DNA from: Entomortierella parvispora E1425
Taxonomy: Eukaryota; Fungi; Mortierellomycota
Direction of reading: 5' to 3'
DNA: 64,000 nucleotides
NCBI GenBank assembly: GCA_020891255.1
Contig: BQFW01000006.1
Span: forward strand, 1,054,001-1,118,000
The notes under the pieces were generated by a model that worked only from the letters and a program-made list of their open reading frames with translations, was not told the origin of the DNA and did not search any database. Numbering within the stretch: the first letter of the stretch is position 1; each line of letters begins with the position of its first letter. Position numbers and translations under genes: made by a program. Below, one piece after another: positions 12,885-26,330 of the stretch.

Positions 12885-13637
12885 GAAGAGGTGGAAAAGG
12901 AGAGAACGAGAGAATGCTGCCGCAGAGCGATACCAACTTCTATATCCGTATTATCGTAATTCATAAATAGGTCAAATAATTCATATCGAGAAACTAGGAC
13001 GAGAGGACGAGGGCTTTTATTTGGGCCTGTTCCTAGTCAGGCAGTCAAAGGGATAGATAGCACTCTAATGTGCCTCATGTCGCTCTTGATCCGCCCTTTT
13101 AACAGTCAAGCTGTCGCCCCTGTTACAAAGTTGCGTCAGAGAATGGGTCAAAAGAGACCCCCAACATGGGTCCCGACGGGTCTAGATGGCGCTGCAGGTG
13201 GCCACTGGAAACGAAGAAGAGAGAGCAAGAGCAAAATAGGAAGGTACATGTACTTGGCCCAACATACTTTACTCCACCCACAGCGTGCGTATGTACCTGT
13301 CAGGGAGAAGAGGGGAAGAGGGAAGAGTGAGAGAGAGGGGGGCCAGAGTGAGAGAGGAGCTTGTTCACTCGGGTGGCCAATCACACCCGCCGGGTCACAG
13401 TCAGCGCAACCTTGTCGCCCAAAGAGGCAGGCGCGCCCTCTTTTCCCACGGGCGTAGCTCCAGTCCCACAGCGTGTGTCCGTGTTCCTCCTCTCTCTCCC
13501 CAGAAGAGTCACCATCCCCCGCGCACGCCGTGCTACTATTTCTCTGCCTTCCTCCCCCTGTCCGCTTTTCCCTCTTCTTTTCTCTATTCCTCTCCACTCC
13601 TCTCCTCTCCTCTCCCCACTCCCTCACTCTATTCACC

Positions 13638-15402
13638 ATGTCCATGCGTCTTCTTACAAAGGCCTTCAAGCCTTCCATGCTCCCCCACGTCAGGGCCATG
13701 GCTTCCCAGCCTAAAGGTAATTTACTTGGATTCATCATGGTCTCATTTATCTCGTCATGATGCACCCCATCTGACCCCATCTGACCTGCTCATCATTGGC
13801 TGACCTCTCCCTTTGACCTGCTTGTTTAGCCTTCGTCAAGTACGACTGGACCGATCCCCTCAACTTGAACTCGCTCCTCACTGAGGATGAGATCGCCGTC
13901 AGGTAAACACCCTCTTGATCTGGTCCGACTCTTGGTTCTGCCGGCCGTACTTGAGAGAGACTTGCTGACATATGGTACTTTTATTATATTACTTTTATGT
14001 TCGCAGAGATCTTGCTCACGATTACTGCCAGGAGAAGCTTATGCCTCGCGTTACCATGGCCAACCGCCACGAGAGTATGTTGTTGGCTTAGCCTGTGCTT
14101 CATCGGACTTGAATGTCATTGATTCCGGATGCTAATCGTCTTTTTCTAATGATTTACAGAGTTTGACAGAGAGATCATGTCCGAAATGGGTGAGCTCGGT
14201 CTCCTTGGATCGACCATTGAGGGATATGGATGTGCTGGTGTCTCTTCCGTTGCCTATGGTCTGACTGCCCGTGAGGTCGAGAGGTAAGATATTATTACAC
14301 TTAAGAGGAACGAGAGAAGCGTGGGTAAAATTACATAATGAGCTCAAAAAAACTTACAAGTCATCATCCTCTTCCTTCAATCACACAGAGTCGACAGTGG
14401 TTACCGCTCAGCCATGAGTGTCCAGTCCTCGCTCGTCATGCACCCCATCTACGCTTATGGAACTGAGGAGCAGAAGCAAAAGTGGCTTCCCCGTCTCGGT
14501 AAGTATTCGATCTGACTTCCGTAATGATCGAGCTCCAAAAAAATGGACAATGATGGCTAATATAGATTATCCGTCCTTCTACTCTAATAGCCAAGGGTGA
14601 GATTGTTGGATGCTTTGGATTGACCGAGCCCAACCATGGCTCAGACCCCGGCTCCATGGAGACCGTCGCCAAGAAGGTTAACGGCCACTATGTCCTCAGC
14701 GGTTCCAAGACCTGGATCACCAACTCGCCCATTGCCGATGTCTTCGTTGTTTGGGCCAAGGATCAGTCGGATGACAACAAGATCAAGGGCTTTGTTCTCG
14801 AGAAGGGTATGAAGGGTCTCTCTGCACCCAAGATCGAGGGCAAGTTCTCCCTCCGCGCCTCCGTCACCGGTATGATCATGATGGACGACGTTGAGGTCCC
14901 TGTTGAGAACCTGTTGCCCAAAGTCCATGGTCTTAAGGGACCATTCGGTTGCTTGAACAACGCTCGCTATGGTATTGCCTGGGGTGCCCTCGGTGCTGCC
15001 GAGTTTTGCTTGGCCCAGGCTCGCGACTACACCTTGAACCGTAAGCAGTTCGGTGTCCCCCTTGCCCGCTTCCAGTTGATGCAGAAGAAGATGGCCGATG
15101 CCAACACTGAGATCGCCTTGGGTTTGCAGGCTTGCTTGCAGGTTGGTCGTCTGAAGGATGTTGGCAAGATCGCCCCCGAAATGATTTCCATGATCAAGCG
15201 CAACTCTTGCGGCAAGTCACTTGATATCGCCAGAACTACGCGTGACATGCTTGGAGGCAACGGTATCAGTGATGAGTACCACATCATCCGCCACGTCATG
15301 AACTTGGAGGCCGTCAACACCTATGAGGGAACGCACGATGTCCATGCTTTGATCCTTGGACGTGCCATCACCGGCCTTGCCTCGTTCACCGCCACCGACT
15401 AG
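13638..15402 (+). CDS. GCDH: Mitochondrial glutaryl-CoA dehydrogenase (6 exons)
   Basis: [66 protein letters not shown] and [15 protein letters not shown]; basic N-terminal presequence; canonical introns. Confidence 0.95.
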
Positions 15403-15712
15403 AGTATTTCCAACTTGCTGTATCATAATTTCCTTTTCCCCCTGCAAATAAACCCCACACCCTAGATTGATCGATTTACCACAGCGCTTGTTTTGTTGAT
15501 GAAAGGAGTTGGCGATGCTTTCTTTCCCTCTGCCTTTCTTTGTTGCCACCGTTCTTGACGTATCTTCCACTCTTGTCCTCTGTCGCCTTTCCTTTACCCC
15601 ACTATAACCGCAGTTCTTTTTTCTTTGACTTGAAGATATCTGGCAACACACGATAGTTCTGGAGTCTAAAGGGGGCACCTTTATAGTCTTCTTCCTTCTA
15701 CATCTGGACACG

Positions 15713-16982
15713 ATGGACCTGGAGGAAAGCAAAAGTGGAGTCAACCGCGATATCAAGCAAGAGTCGCCGTCTAGGCCCATAGCCACCAAGAGAAAACGAC
15801 GGCAACCCCACTTGATTCTCGAGACTGGTCCAGTTGGGCTCGATTCAGACCACCTGAAGGAAAGGCTGATGGAGAACGGAATTGTTGTTGATCTGCGTAA
15901 AGAGAAGACGGTGGAATCTACTGAACGACAACAGCAGCAACAACTACAGAAAGAGCAAGTCTCAGAGGTTGATCAGGAAGATGAAGGACCCCCCAAGTGG
16001 TGGTCAATCAAAGACCGGGGGATACATTACTGGAAGGCAAGTCTTTTTTGAAACTGACGGAAGCTCCGGTCTGTTTGTCCACAGTACAATACTCATTGTT
16101 TCCTCTTTATGGGCTTTTGCCACAATATCCCCATGACATGAATGGGAACATTAGCGATGGTGCGAGCAACAGGGCTTTCTGGACTGTGACAAGGTGACCA
16201 AGAGTAAACTGGCACTGTATTCAAAAGAGTTTGTATTGCCTATGGAACGAGCGATGAACGAGCTCACCGAGAATCCGAGAATGAACAAACTCTGTGGCAC
16301 GCGCGTCTTTCTGAAGCCTGTCCAGGAACTACAGGCAGAACAGCAGATTGGGCAGGGCAGTCAAAAACAGAAACAACAACAGCCGCCATCACTCCAATTA
16401 CTCATCAACAATGACAGCGAGGAAACCACGACTTCGACAGCATCAACCTTGCCACTCTCTTTGCCCTGCCCGCCCAAAGTGGTTCTTTTGAACAGCAATC
16501 TGTTTCAGCAGCAGCAGCAAGGCAAGGCAAGACAACAGCTGCAGCAGCTGGAGCAGTCGGGAGGACCCATCCGTTTCAATGCTCAAGAGTTTCTAATTCC
16601 GTTGCGGAAGAGAGGCCCTCAGTCGGGTACCTTGGCGGCCGGTGTTTCCCCTTATGTCCTGAACAGGAACGTAGCCACGGTCCGGGATGTCTTGGCAGAA
16701 TGGCGCTACGGTGTCGAGGGTGGACGGGCCATTCAGGATCATGTATCGATAAGTCGCCGCGCCTGGGGCATTGCTAGGGATCGGTACGAGTACACTGTTC
16801 GCTCTGCAATCGTGGAGGAATTTGTGCGTGCAGTGAAGGAGGATGGACAATCGGAAGAGGAAGCCATCGAGCGGTTGGAGGCTCTTCGGAAGCGGAGGCT
16901 ATCGTCGATCTACGGAGCCATTCTGGAAGAGCGCGAAGTCCGACGCCGACATCATCAGGGGCGAGAACGGGACGAGCTCTAA
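15713..16982 (+). CDS. GCR1_C-domain protein, probably Crypton-derived (simplest model: exons 15713-16036 and 16155-16982, 383 aa)
   Basis: C-terminal LNRNVATVRDVLAEWRYGVEGGRAIQD...RYEYTVRSAIVEEF...AIERLEALR resembles GCR1_C. RWCEQQGFLDCDKVTKSKLALY resembles the Crypton/Ndc10-type N-terminal motif. Joining the two ORFs needs the GCAAGT donor at 16037. Confidence 0.6.
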
Positions 16983-17833
16983 GTGGATTTGCCGGATGTG
17001 CAGATGAGCTCCAGATATTGGATCAAGAGACAATCATGGCTGTGGACTGGAACAAACAGAGCAAGGACGCCTGAAGATACAACGACAGAAAGAGAGGGAG
17101 TGACGAGGCAAGGAACGAAAGGAGATGAATGAGCACAACCGGCGCCACCAGTGCTCTCGTGTGTCGACTTGTCTCGCACCGAGACGACACGACATGACAC
17201 GACACGACACAGTTGCAGGGATGGGAGGAAGGGAAGGTGAAAATGGGATTGTGCTCGGCAATTGCTCTCTCGCCTCGGACGAGCGCATGCTGTGTCTCCG
17301 AGGGCGGCTACTGCACAGGGCGGAGAGTGGGGCGGACCAACAACGAGCGGACAAACAAAAGGAAAAGAGGACAGACTGAAAAAAGGAAATAAATCAATTC
17401 GAAATCTGATAAGGGGCCCTCAGTCGGCCTCTCGCTGTGTGCTTTTTCATCCTTCTCGTCCTTCGGCCTCGGACGTCTATTTCCGTCGTCTCTTCTTTTT
17501 TCGCACCTCTGTCTGTCTGTCGGTCTGTCGGTCTGTCGGTCGGTCTGCCGTCGTTCCCTTCCCTCCTTTCCTTTTTCCCTTTCCCTTTTCCTTTTCCTCT
17601 TCATTCATCCACTTGCTTCCATCCTTGGCCTCCTCCCTGTTCTTTTCTTTTCTTTCCTTTCCTTCCTTCCCTCCTTCCTTCCTCCATCATCCGCCATTCT
17701 CTCTGCTCGGAGCATTACCTCTCTGTCCTTTTAGCTCTGCTCAGCTGATCTCGGCTTTGCTCGCCTCTTGTACCTCCCACATTGCCTTCGACTTGACCCC
17801 CCACTCAAAGCGACCCTCCATATATTCCCTCTA

Positions 17834-19909
17834 ATGGCATCCGCGCTTCAGATCCATTCACAGCACGACGACATGCCCCTTCTCCCCGATCCTGTCTCTC
17901 CCCCAGCCACACCGGCATCTGTGCCCGGAGTAGCCTATGACCTCAAGCGCCTCAAGGTCTACTCGTCCTGCCTGCGCTGCAGAGCCAAGAAGGTCAAGTG
18001 CGACCGCAAAGAGCCATGCTCGAGGTGCGAGAAGCACTCTGTTGAATGCTCCTACCGTGAACTCGCCTCTGTCCAGCTCGACATTCGCCAGTTCCAACGG
18101 CATCTCAACAACCCAAAGATCAGGAAGGATGGCTCCGGCATCATCACCTCGACCGCCACCCCCGTCATTACCATGACCCCTTCCCCTTCGCCTTTGTCCT
18201 CTTCCTCCGCCCCCAACGCCCCTCTGGCAGCCCGGTCTGCACTCACCGCAGTAATACCGTCCAAATCATCATCACTCACCGGAGCATTATCACCGGCATC
18301 ATCAACATCCTTAAAGAACTTTACCTCGACTTCGAGCCCCTCGGGCTGGTCGGCAAGCACTACTATTAATACCTTTGCCTTATACCCGGGATCAAACAAT
18401 GAGCGCTCGCAGACTGGCACCTCCGGCTCCACAGATACAGACTCGGACTCGAACCACCGCAGCAGCAATAATCCCTCACGCAACAGACCCCGGGTCCACA
18501 AGGTCCATCGCAGGAAGCCATCCAAGGGGTTCGGCCTCAGCCTTGACCGTGACCTTGATCGTGACCATGCTCTCCACGCTGACCTGCGTGCCATCAGCGA
18601 CCACGTGGATCGAGTCCAGCTCTCAGAGGACGCCATGGCCCCAGACACGAGTATGTCGTCGGCCTCGGATGGCGAAGGGGCGCATGAGGGTGAAGGCGAT
18701 ATGGACAACAAAGAGGATGGCGATGACCATGATAGCAACCATGATCTGCAAGAGGATGTCCCCATCTGGCGGGTGCAGGCCATGGGCAAGCACAAGCAGA
18801 CAGCACACGAGCAGGACATGGCCGAGACATTTGGACTGGCGGCGTATCTCAAGGCCCGCGAGATGGAGATTGCGCAGGACCCAGAGCGAGCAGGACAGAC
18901 GCTCGACTTTGAGATGGAACTTGAGAAGGCCCTTGCCCAACGCATGCCCAGCTCCTTCTCCCGACCTGACAGGTCCTTCTCGCGTGCACGAAAGAATGCG
19001 CCCAATGGATACAGCCCCAAGATGCCCTATGCTCGACCCTCCTACTGCCAGCTCTCGCCCGGAAACAACAAAAAGAACAGCCACCGACATGGCAGCAATG
19101 GCAGCAGCCCTGCATCTGGCGCTCACTCTGCCTCTTTGAACGCCTTGCTCTCTGCCGCCCAGTGCTGTTGCCAAATCTCTGCTCTTCAGGGCCAGGCATT
19201 GAATGTGTGTCCGTACTCCAACGTGAGCCACAGCGGATATGAAAAACCGCGACTTACCCTCTCCTCCTCAGCCACCGTCGTTCCAGACTCAGCCACCCAG
19301 CCCTCAGGCACAGAGTCAACTTCGCTCCCACCACCCTCCGCTCCCAAGGCTGCTGAGGGTGCCCGCATTGCCTACTCGCCTTCGTACTCGCCGACCTACA
19401 ACCCGCGCGATGTGCCCCCTGTCTCCACTGCCGCTACCCGGGCCACAGAGACTCCCCAGTCCTCATACCCATCCCCGCAAGAACAGGAGAGCCCTCTTTG
19501 GCAATACACGCCCTCGTCCAAGCTCTTTTCCTCGTCGTCTTCCACTTTTGTCTTCAATAGCGCTAGACTTCCATCATTGTCTGTTGCTGCGCCTTGCTTG
19601 ACTCCAGATGCCTGCTCAATGGATGTGGATGTTGCCATTAGCTCCCCTCGAACAGAGCTGGCGCCTATCCTCTCTCTACCGACTGTGACCTCTACAGTGT
19701 CTTCGTCCTCGTCCACCACGCCGTCTTCTGACCTAACAGCGTTCCAGGTTGGCAAGGATGGCGAAGCGCCCATCCAGATTGAGTGCAAGTACAACGAGCC
19801 TAATGTGGATGCTTGGGACATGATTGAAAAGCCCATCTCGAGAACGATTCCTTTGACAACAAAGCGCGGCCGTTCCATCAAAATGGAGATGGGGTGGATT
19901 CTGTCCTAA
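17834..19909 (+). CDS. Zn(II)2Cys6 binuclear-cluster transcription factor (691 aa, single exon)
   Basis: SCLRCRAKKVKCDRKEPCSRCEKHSVEC followed by a long Ser/Pro-rich low-complexity region. Confidence 0.88.
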   Translation: MASALQIHSQHDDMPLLPDPVSPPATPASVPGVAYDLKRLKVYSSCLRCRAKKVKCDRKEPCSRCEKHSVECSYRELASVQLDIRQFQRHLNNPKIRKDGSGIITSTATPVITMTPSPSPLSSSSAPNAPLAARSALTAVIPSKSSSLTGALSPASSTSLKNFTSTSSPSGWSASTTINTFALYPGSNNERSQTGTSGSTDTDSDSNHRSSNNPSRNRPRVHKVHRRKPSKGFGLSLDRDLDRDHALHADLRAISDHVDRVQLSEDAMAPDTSMSSASDGEGAHEGEGDMDNKEDGDDHDSNHDLQEDVPIWRVQAMGKHKQTAHEQDMAETFGLAAYLKAREMEIAQDPERAGQTLDFEMELEKALAQRMPSSFSRPDRSFSRARKNAPNGYSPKMPYARPSYCQLSPGNNKKNSHRHGSNGSSPASGAHSASLNALLSAAQCCCQISALQGQALNVCPYSNVSHSGYEKPRLTLSSSATVVPDSATQPSGTESTSLPPPSAPKAAEGARIAYSPSYSPTYNPRDVPPVSTAATRATETPQSSYPSPQEQESPLWQYTPSSKLFSSSSSTFVFNSARLPSLSVAAPCLTPDACSMDVDVAISSPRTELAPILSLPTVTSTVSSSSSTTPSSDLTAFQVGKDGEAPIQIECKYNEPNVDAWDMIEKPISRTIPLTTKRGRSIKMEMGWILS

Positions 19910-20739
19910 GCTGTTGCACCCCCTATACAATAACTCTGCTACCCCAGTTCCTTTCATATAATTCTATTACTGTCCATAATAAACATCATACCTTGTATCA
20001 TACAGCAAAAAAAAACTTGAACGCTTGCAGGGACTGTAAAGAGGAGAAAAGACGGAAGAAAGAAACCAAGATCTCGAGCTCACTTTCTGTTGCTCTCCTG
20101 GCGCACACGCGTGCCACGCGTTCTTTGTTGGATTCTCTTTTTCTGTTTGTTTGTTTGTTTGGGCGTAGATGACCCAACGAGAATCGCGCCATTTCTCGGA
20201 TGGATCAGCCAAAGGGGATTGACTCTCTGTTCCCCTCTCTCTGTGTATTAGAGTCTGGATCTCTTTCCCTCCGTTCCTTCGACCCTACACACATGCACTA
20301 CCGCACTACCGCCAAAGTCGCGCAATCGGTAGCAGGAACACGCATTGCCACAAACAGGCAAGGTGGTCAGCTTTAGAATACCCTTGAAAGAGTACCTTGA
20401 ATAAACTGTCGCACAAGAAAAGGGACGATGAAAATCCAACAGAATGAATGAGCACGACAGACAAACGGTTCAATTGGCCATCCCGAGACAAGTCATAGAG
20501 AGGCCCGCCTTTTCTGACCAGTTTTTGATTATCTTTCCGATGCAAGCTGCGTGCTGTCTTTGGTGTCTGTTCGAAAATGGCACCATCCTCGCGCTCTGTT
20601 GTCTGAAGAGCAAAGGAATATAAAAAGGGATCGCCCCTGTTACTTTTTTTTTTTCTTTTCTTCTTCCTCGTCTTTCCCACCCTTCCTTCCTCCAATCCAA
20701 AAATCTCTTTCCTCTTCTTCATCACCCTTCACATCCACC

Positions 20740-22884
<2,145 letters not shown>

Positions 22885-23346
22885 ATAGAAAAGACACCAC
22901 ATAGGAAAAAAAGGAACCGGAACGAAGGGAACTAGGCCTTCGCTTTTTTATCAAAAAGAGGCTTTTCCTTTTTTTTCGCACGCGTGTTTCGTCTCTTGAA
23001 CGCGTGCACTTTGTAAATAAAAAGTTAGACCCACAAAAAAACACCCTCGCTTGTTGCTTTGTCGATCTCACATGCTGGCATCCTGCTCCGGTGCACGGCC
23101 GCCGTTGTGGTCTGGGCCAATTTGACGGGAATGGGATGGGATGACTCTGTGAAGAATGACACCGAACACTAACAAACAAACAACATTGAAGATTTATTCC
23201 TTCAGATCAGACGTGAGTCAAAATTCAAGTCGAGACACCATCCCTGTAATACCGTTCGGATCGTTTCTAGACTTCCCATCCTGACGTTCTTTTGCCTTAT
23301 CGTCGTCTTGAACCCCAGCGTTGTCATCACACTTACTTCTCGTCAG

Positions 23347-26073
23347 TCACTCTGATCCATTCCCAGGAGGCTCCTCTACCTCTTCTTTCTGAACAGGGTG
23401 CACGGTCGAGCTTTGAAAGGCTACGTCCGAGTTACGAAAGCGGGGTGATGGAACGAGGGTCGACTGTGGGCGGTACATGGGACGTATTTGGTATTGGTGG
23501 TGATGGTGTTGCTGGGAAACTTGGTGTTGGTGTGCTGTCGGTGATGGGACTGAAGAGGAGGGGATAGATGCGTTGACGATAGAAACGGAGCGCCTTGTCG
23601 ACATGTAGGTTGTCGAGGGCCAACAAGCGCCCTGGTCCTCTATTCTCGCCATTGACATGGCTAGACTCCTTGGCTGGTATCCTGTTACAAGCTGTGACGC
23701 GGGGGCTGCAGAAGTAGTCTTTGTAGAGGACATGAACGCTGGAGGTGTATGACCAAAAAACTCCCTGGAAGCCAGAACTCTGGCGACCACAGAGTCCAAG
23801 TCACCAGAATCATGGCTGATGAAATCTGAACCCGCGGCAACGGTAAACAACGGATGCGGTGTCGTCAACAAAAGCTCATGGGATGTCGCCGAGGATGGCA
23901 TAGAGAAAAATGTCTCTGGCTCGCAAAGTTGGTCGTTGTTATCCACGTCTTCATCTTCATTGTCGTCGACAACTCTCCGGCCATCATGTTTTACAGCACC
24001 TTCGCCTTCATCCTCTCCCTCGTCGCTGTCCTGGCAAGATTCAAATTCCATCCTCGAGTTATGAAAGACCGCCGCTGCTGCCGCTGCGAGGACAGGTGAC
24101 TTTTGACCGCGATATTTCGGAAAGGTGGAAGGGTGAGGCGTCCTTTGGATGCAACGCGTTCGACTGTTCCCAATTCCATCAATGGTATTCTGTACGTGGT
24201 GCTTACCATCCTCATCCTCATCCTCATCCTCATCCTCATCCTCATCCTCATCCTCATCCTCATCCTCATCCTCATCCTCATCATCCTCACTTTCCTGGTC
24301 TTCTTCAGATTCGTGCTCCTCGTGTACCACTGCTGCCTCTGCTGCTGCAACGGTGTAACTTGACTCGAGAGACAAACTCGACATTCGATGCATTCTCTGC
24401 TCTTGGTGTCTCTGCTGTGATTGCTGTTGAAGATGGTGTTGCTCCCAGGCCCCAAGTACTTTTTGCTCCATAGATCGATGTGTGTGGATCTGCTGCACTC
24501 TCCTCTGCTCTTCTTCGGGTAGTGGGGGGAGCGGAGTATTGTACGGAGTGAAAAAGGGTACTACCTCTAAGAAGGAATTATAAAAGAGATCGTCAGGTCC
24601 CTCTCTGCTAAGGTCATTCCTTCCTAGATCAGGAATCGGTATGGCGGCCGAGCCTCCGTGGTTGGTGATGGCCTCTCGTCGGAGATGCCTGTTCCTTGCA
24701 AGGATTTGTGCACGACTGAGTGGAAATCGATTGGATGGACGCGAGCCCACATTGGAGGAGGGGGACGATAATGAAGCTTGGTCCCCTGGGCAACCGGGCG
24801 TAGAGGCATCTCCTGGAGCAGAGACTTTGGTGGATGAACATGTGGCAATAGCCCGATGATTGAAGGTCCTGGTGCATTCATCTGCATGGGCAATCAGGCC
24901 CACACGTGCGGCTCGAGCTATAGCCAGGTTTGTGCTGATCCCATAGAGGACATAGAGACGGATAAAGGCCCCTATTGGGGCGAGGAGCCCGATCTAGAAA
25001 AGAAAAGAATAGTATGTTTATGAAGGGGCACAGGATCATAGATAGACCTTCTTTCGAGTTTACGTTACTAACCAATAGGTCGACGAACAAACCACGAGCC
25101 AAGGTTCGCCGCAACACCAAACGCTGGCTATCCTGCATATGAAGTCTCGTCAGGGGTATGTACACCTTGACAATCGTCAGAACCAAACAAATTAGGATGC
25201 CAACACCGGGCACCAGGGCTTTTTTTTTTTTTTTTGTTTTCAAGATTGGAAAAAAGAGCTCAATCAGTCATTATCACAATGTATGAATACTTTGGATCGT
25301 TGGATTTACTTACCGATCAGAAAAGAGATGCCAATCTTTTTGACCGCAGCATGCCATCCATGTTCCTGTACTGTATTAATCAACGCGCTGATTGAGGGTC
25401 CCTTTTGTCGGTATCGCTGTGTGTTTACACCAGAAAAACAATGAACTCTACCGCAAAAACTAGTTCTTTGTCTTGTCATCAGAGCAGGAGTCCCAGGATC
25501 GCTCGCACTTGCATTTGCCATATTAGTTGTAACTGCAAGCCCAGTACTGCTATTACGACTCGAACTCATTCTTTGAAGTGGTGGACGCAATGGCGGGGTT
25601 GGAGAAGACCCCAAAGGGTCATTTTCGTCTCCTTCATGGTCCCCTGTTGTAGAATCTATGGAGGATAAGCCGTCCAGGATACAAGCCCATCGTAGGGCTT
25701 CTTGGAAATGAACGTTATTCTCGCGCATCTGCTCCTCAATTGGGTCACAAAGGGATGGGGTAGGTCTGTTGAAATCATGGTGACCAGTAGAAAGGACGGC
25801 AGATGCGGTTGCAGCTGCATCGACGGCTGGAGCGGAAAGACTGCTGCGGCTGCCTCGATCGTTCGAATTATTTGAATGGGAGGACTGTGGTAGAAGGTGT
25901 TGGTGGACAGGGATGCTTGGGGCAGCACCGTAACGTTGACGATTATGGATATAGGTGGGCTGGACAGCAACAGGTGGGAGAGGATGCGATGGCGCTAGAG
26001 GAAGGCATGGCGTTGTGCATGGCGTTGTCAGCGGCGCTGAGCCATCATTCTGGGGAGGGCGATAATGTATCAT
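23347..26073 (-). CDS. DUF4112-like membrane domain protein with long low-complexity acidic C-terminus (about 850 aa; exons 26073-25314, 25218-25073, 24993-23347)
   Basis: Splicing gives HGW..AVKKIGISFLIALVPGVGILI...RRTLARGLFVDLLIGLLAPIGAFI...STN, which resembles the DUF4112 pattern GW..IIGLIPGIG...DFLIGLVP. Exons total 2553 nt. Exon 1 may hide an in-frame intron. Confidence 0.6.
24207..24278. repeat. (CATCCT)12 perfect hexamer microsatellite encoding a poly-(ED) tract on the minus strand
   Basis: Twelve perfect units counted directly. Confidence 0.95.
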
Positions 26074-26330
26074 GCTCGACGCTGGAGATAGGATCGATTA
26101 GGGAAGGAAACGAAAGGTTGTGGAAAGTGGCTAAAGATGGGGAAAGTATGAAGAACGGTCTGACAGAGGAAGTAAAGTAGTCGTATCATCATTGCCGCCA
26201 CTGAATAGGCCATCAGATCTTTGATCGACAAACATTTCTTTCATCCCTTTCACGATATTAGGGAAAGCTACATTGTAACTGAAAGAAATGGGAATAAATG
26301 TTCTTCTATTTCTATTACAAACTTGCGAAG

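Noticed and set aside
18052-19231. Long antisense or alternate-frame ORFs (322, 254 and 202 aa) over the Zn2Cys6 gene, and similar ones over eEF3, GCDH, MET17 and C2 genes
   Set aside because: Expected shadows of GC-rich, biased codon usage in real genes; no independent motifs.
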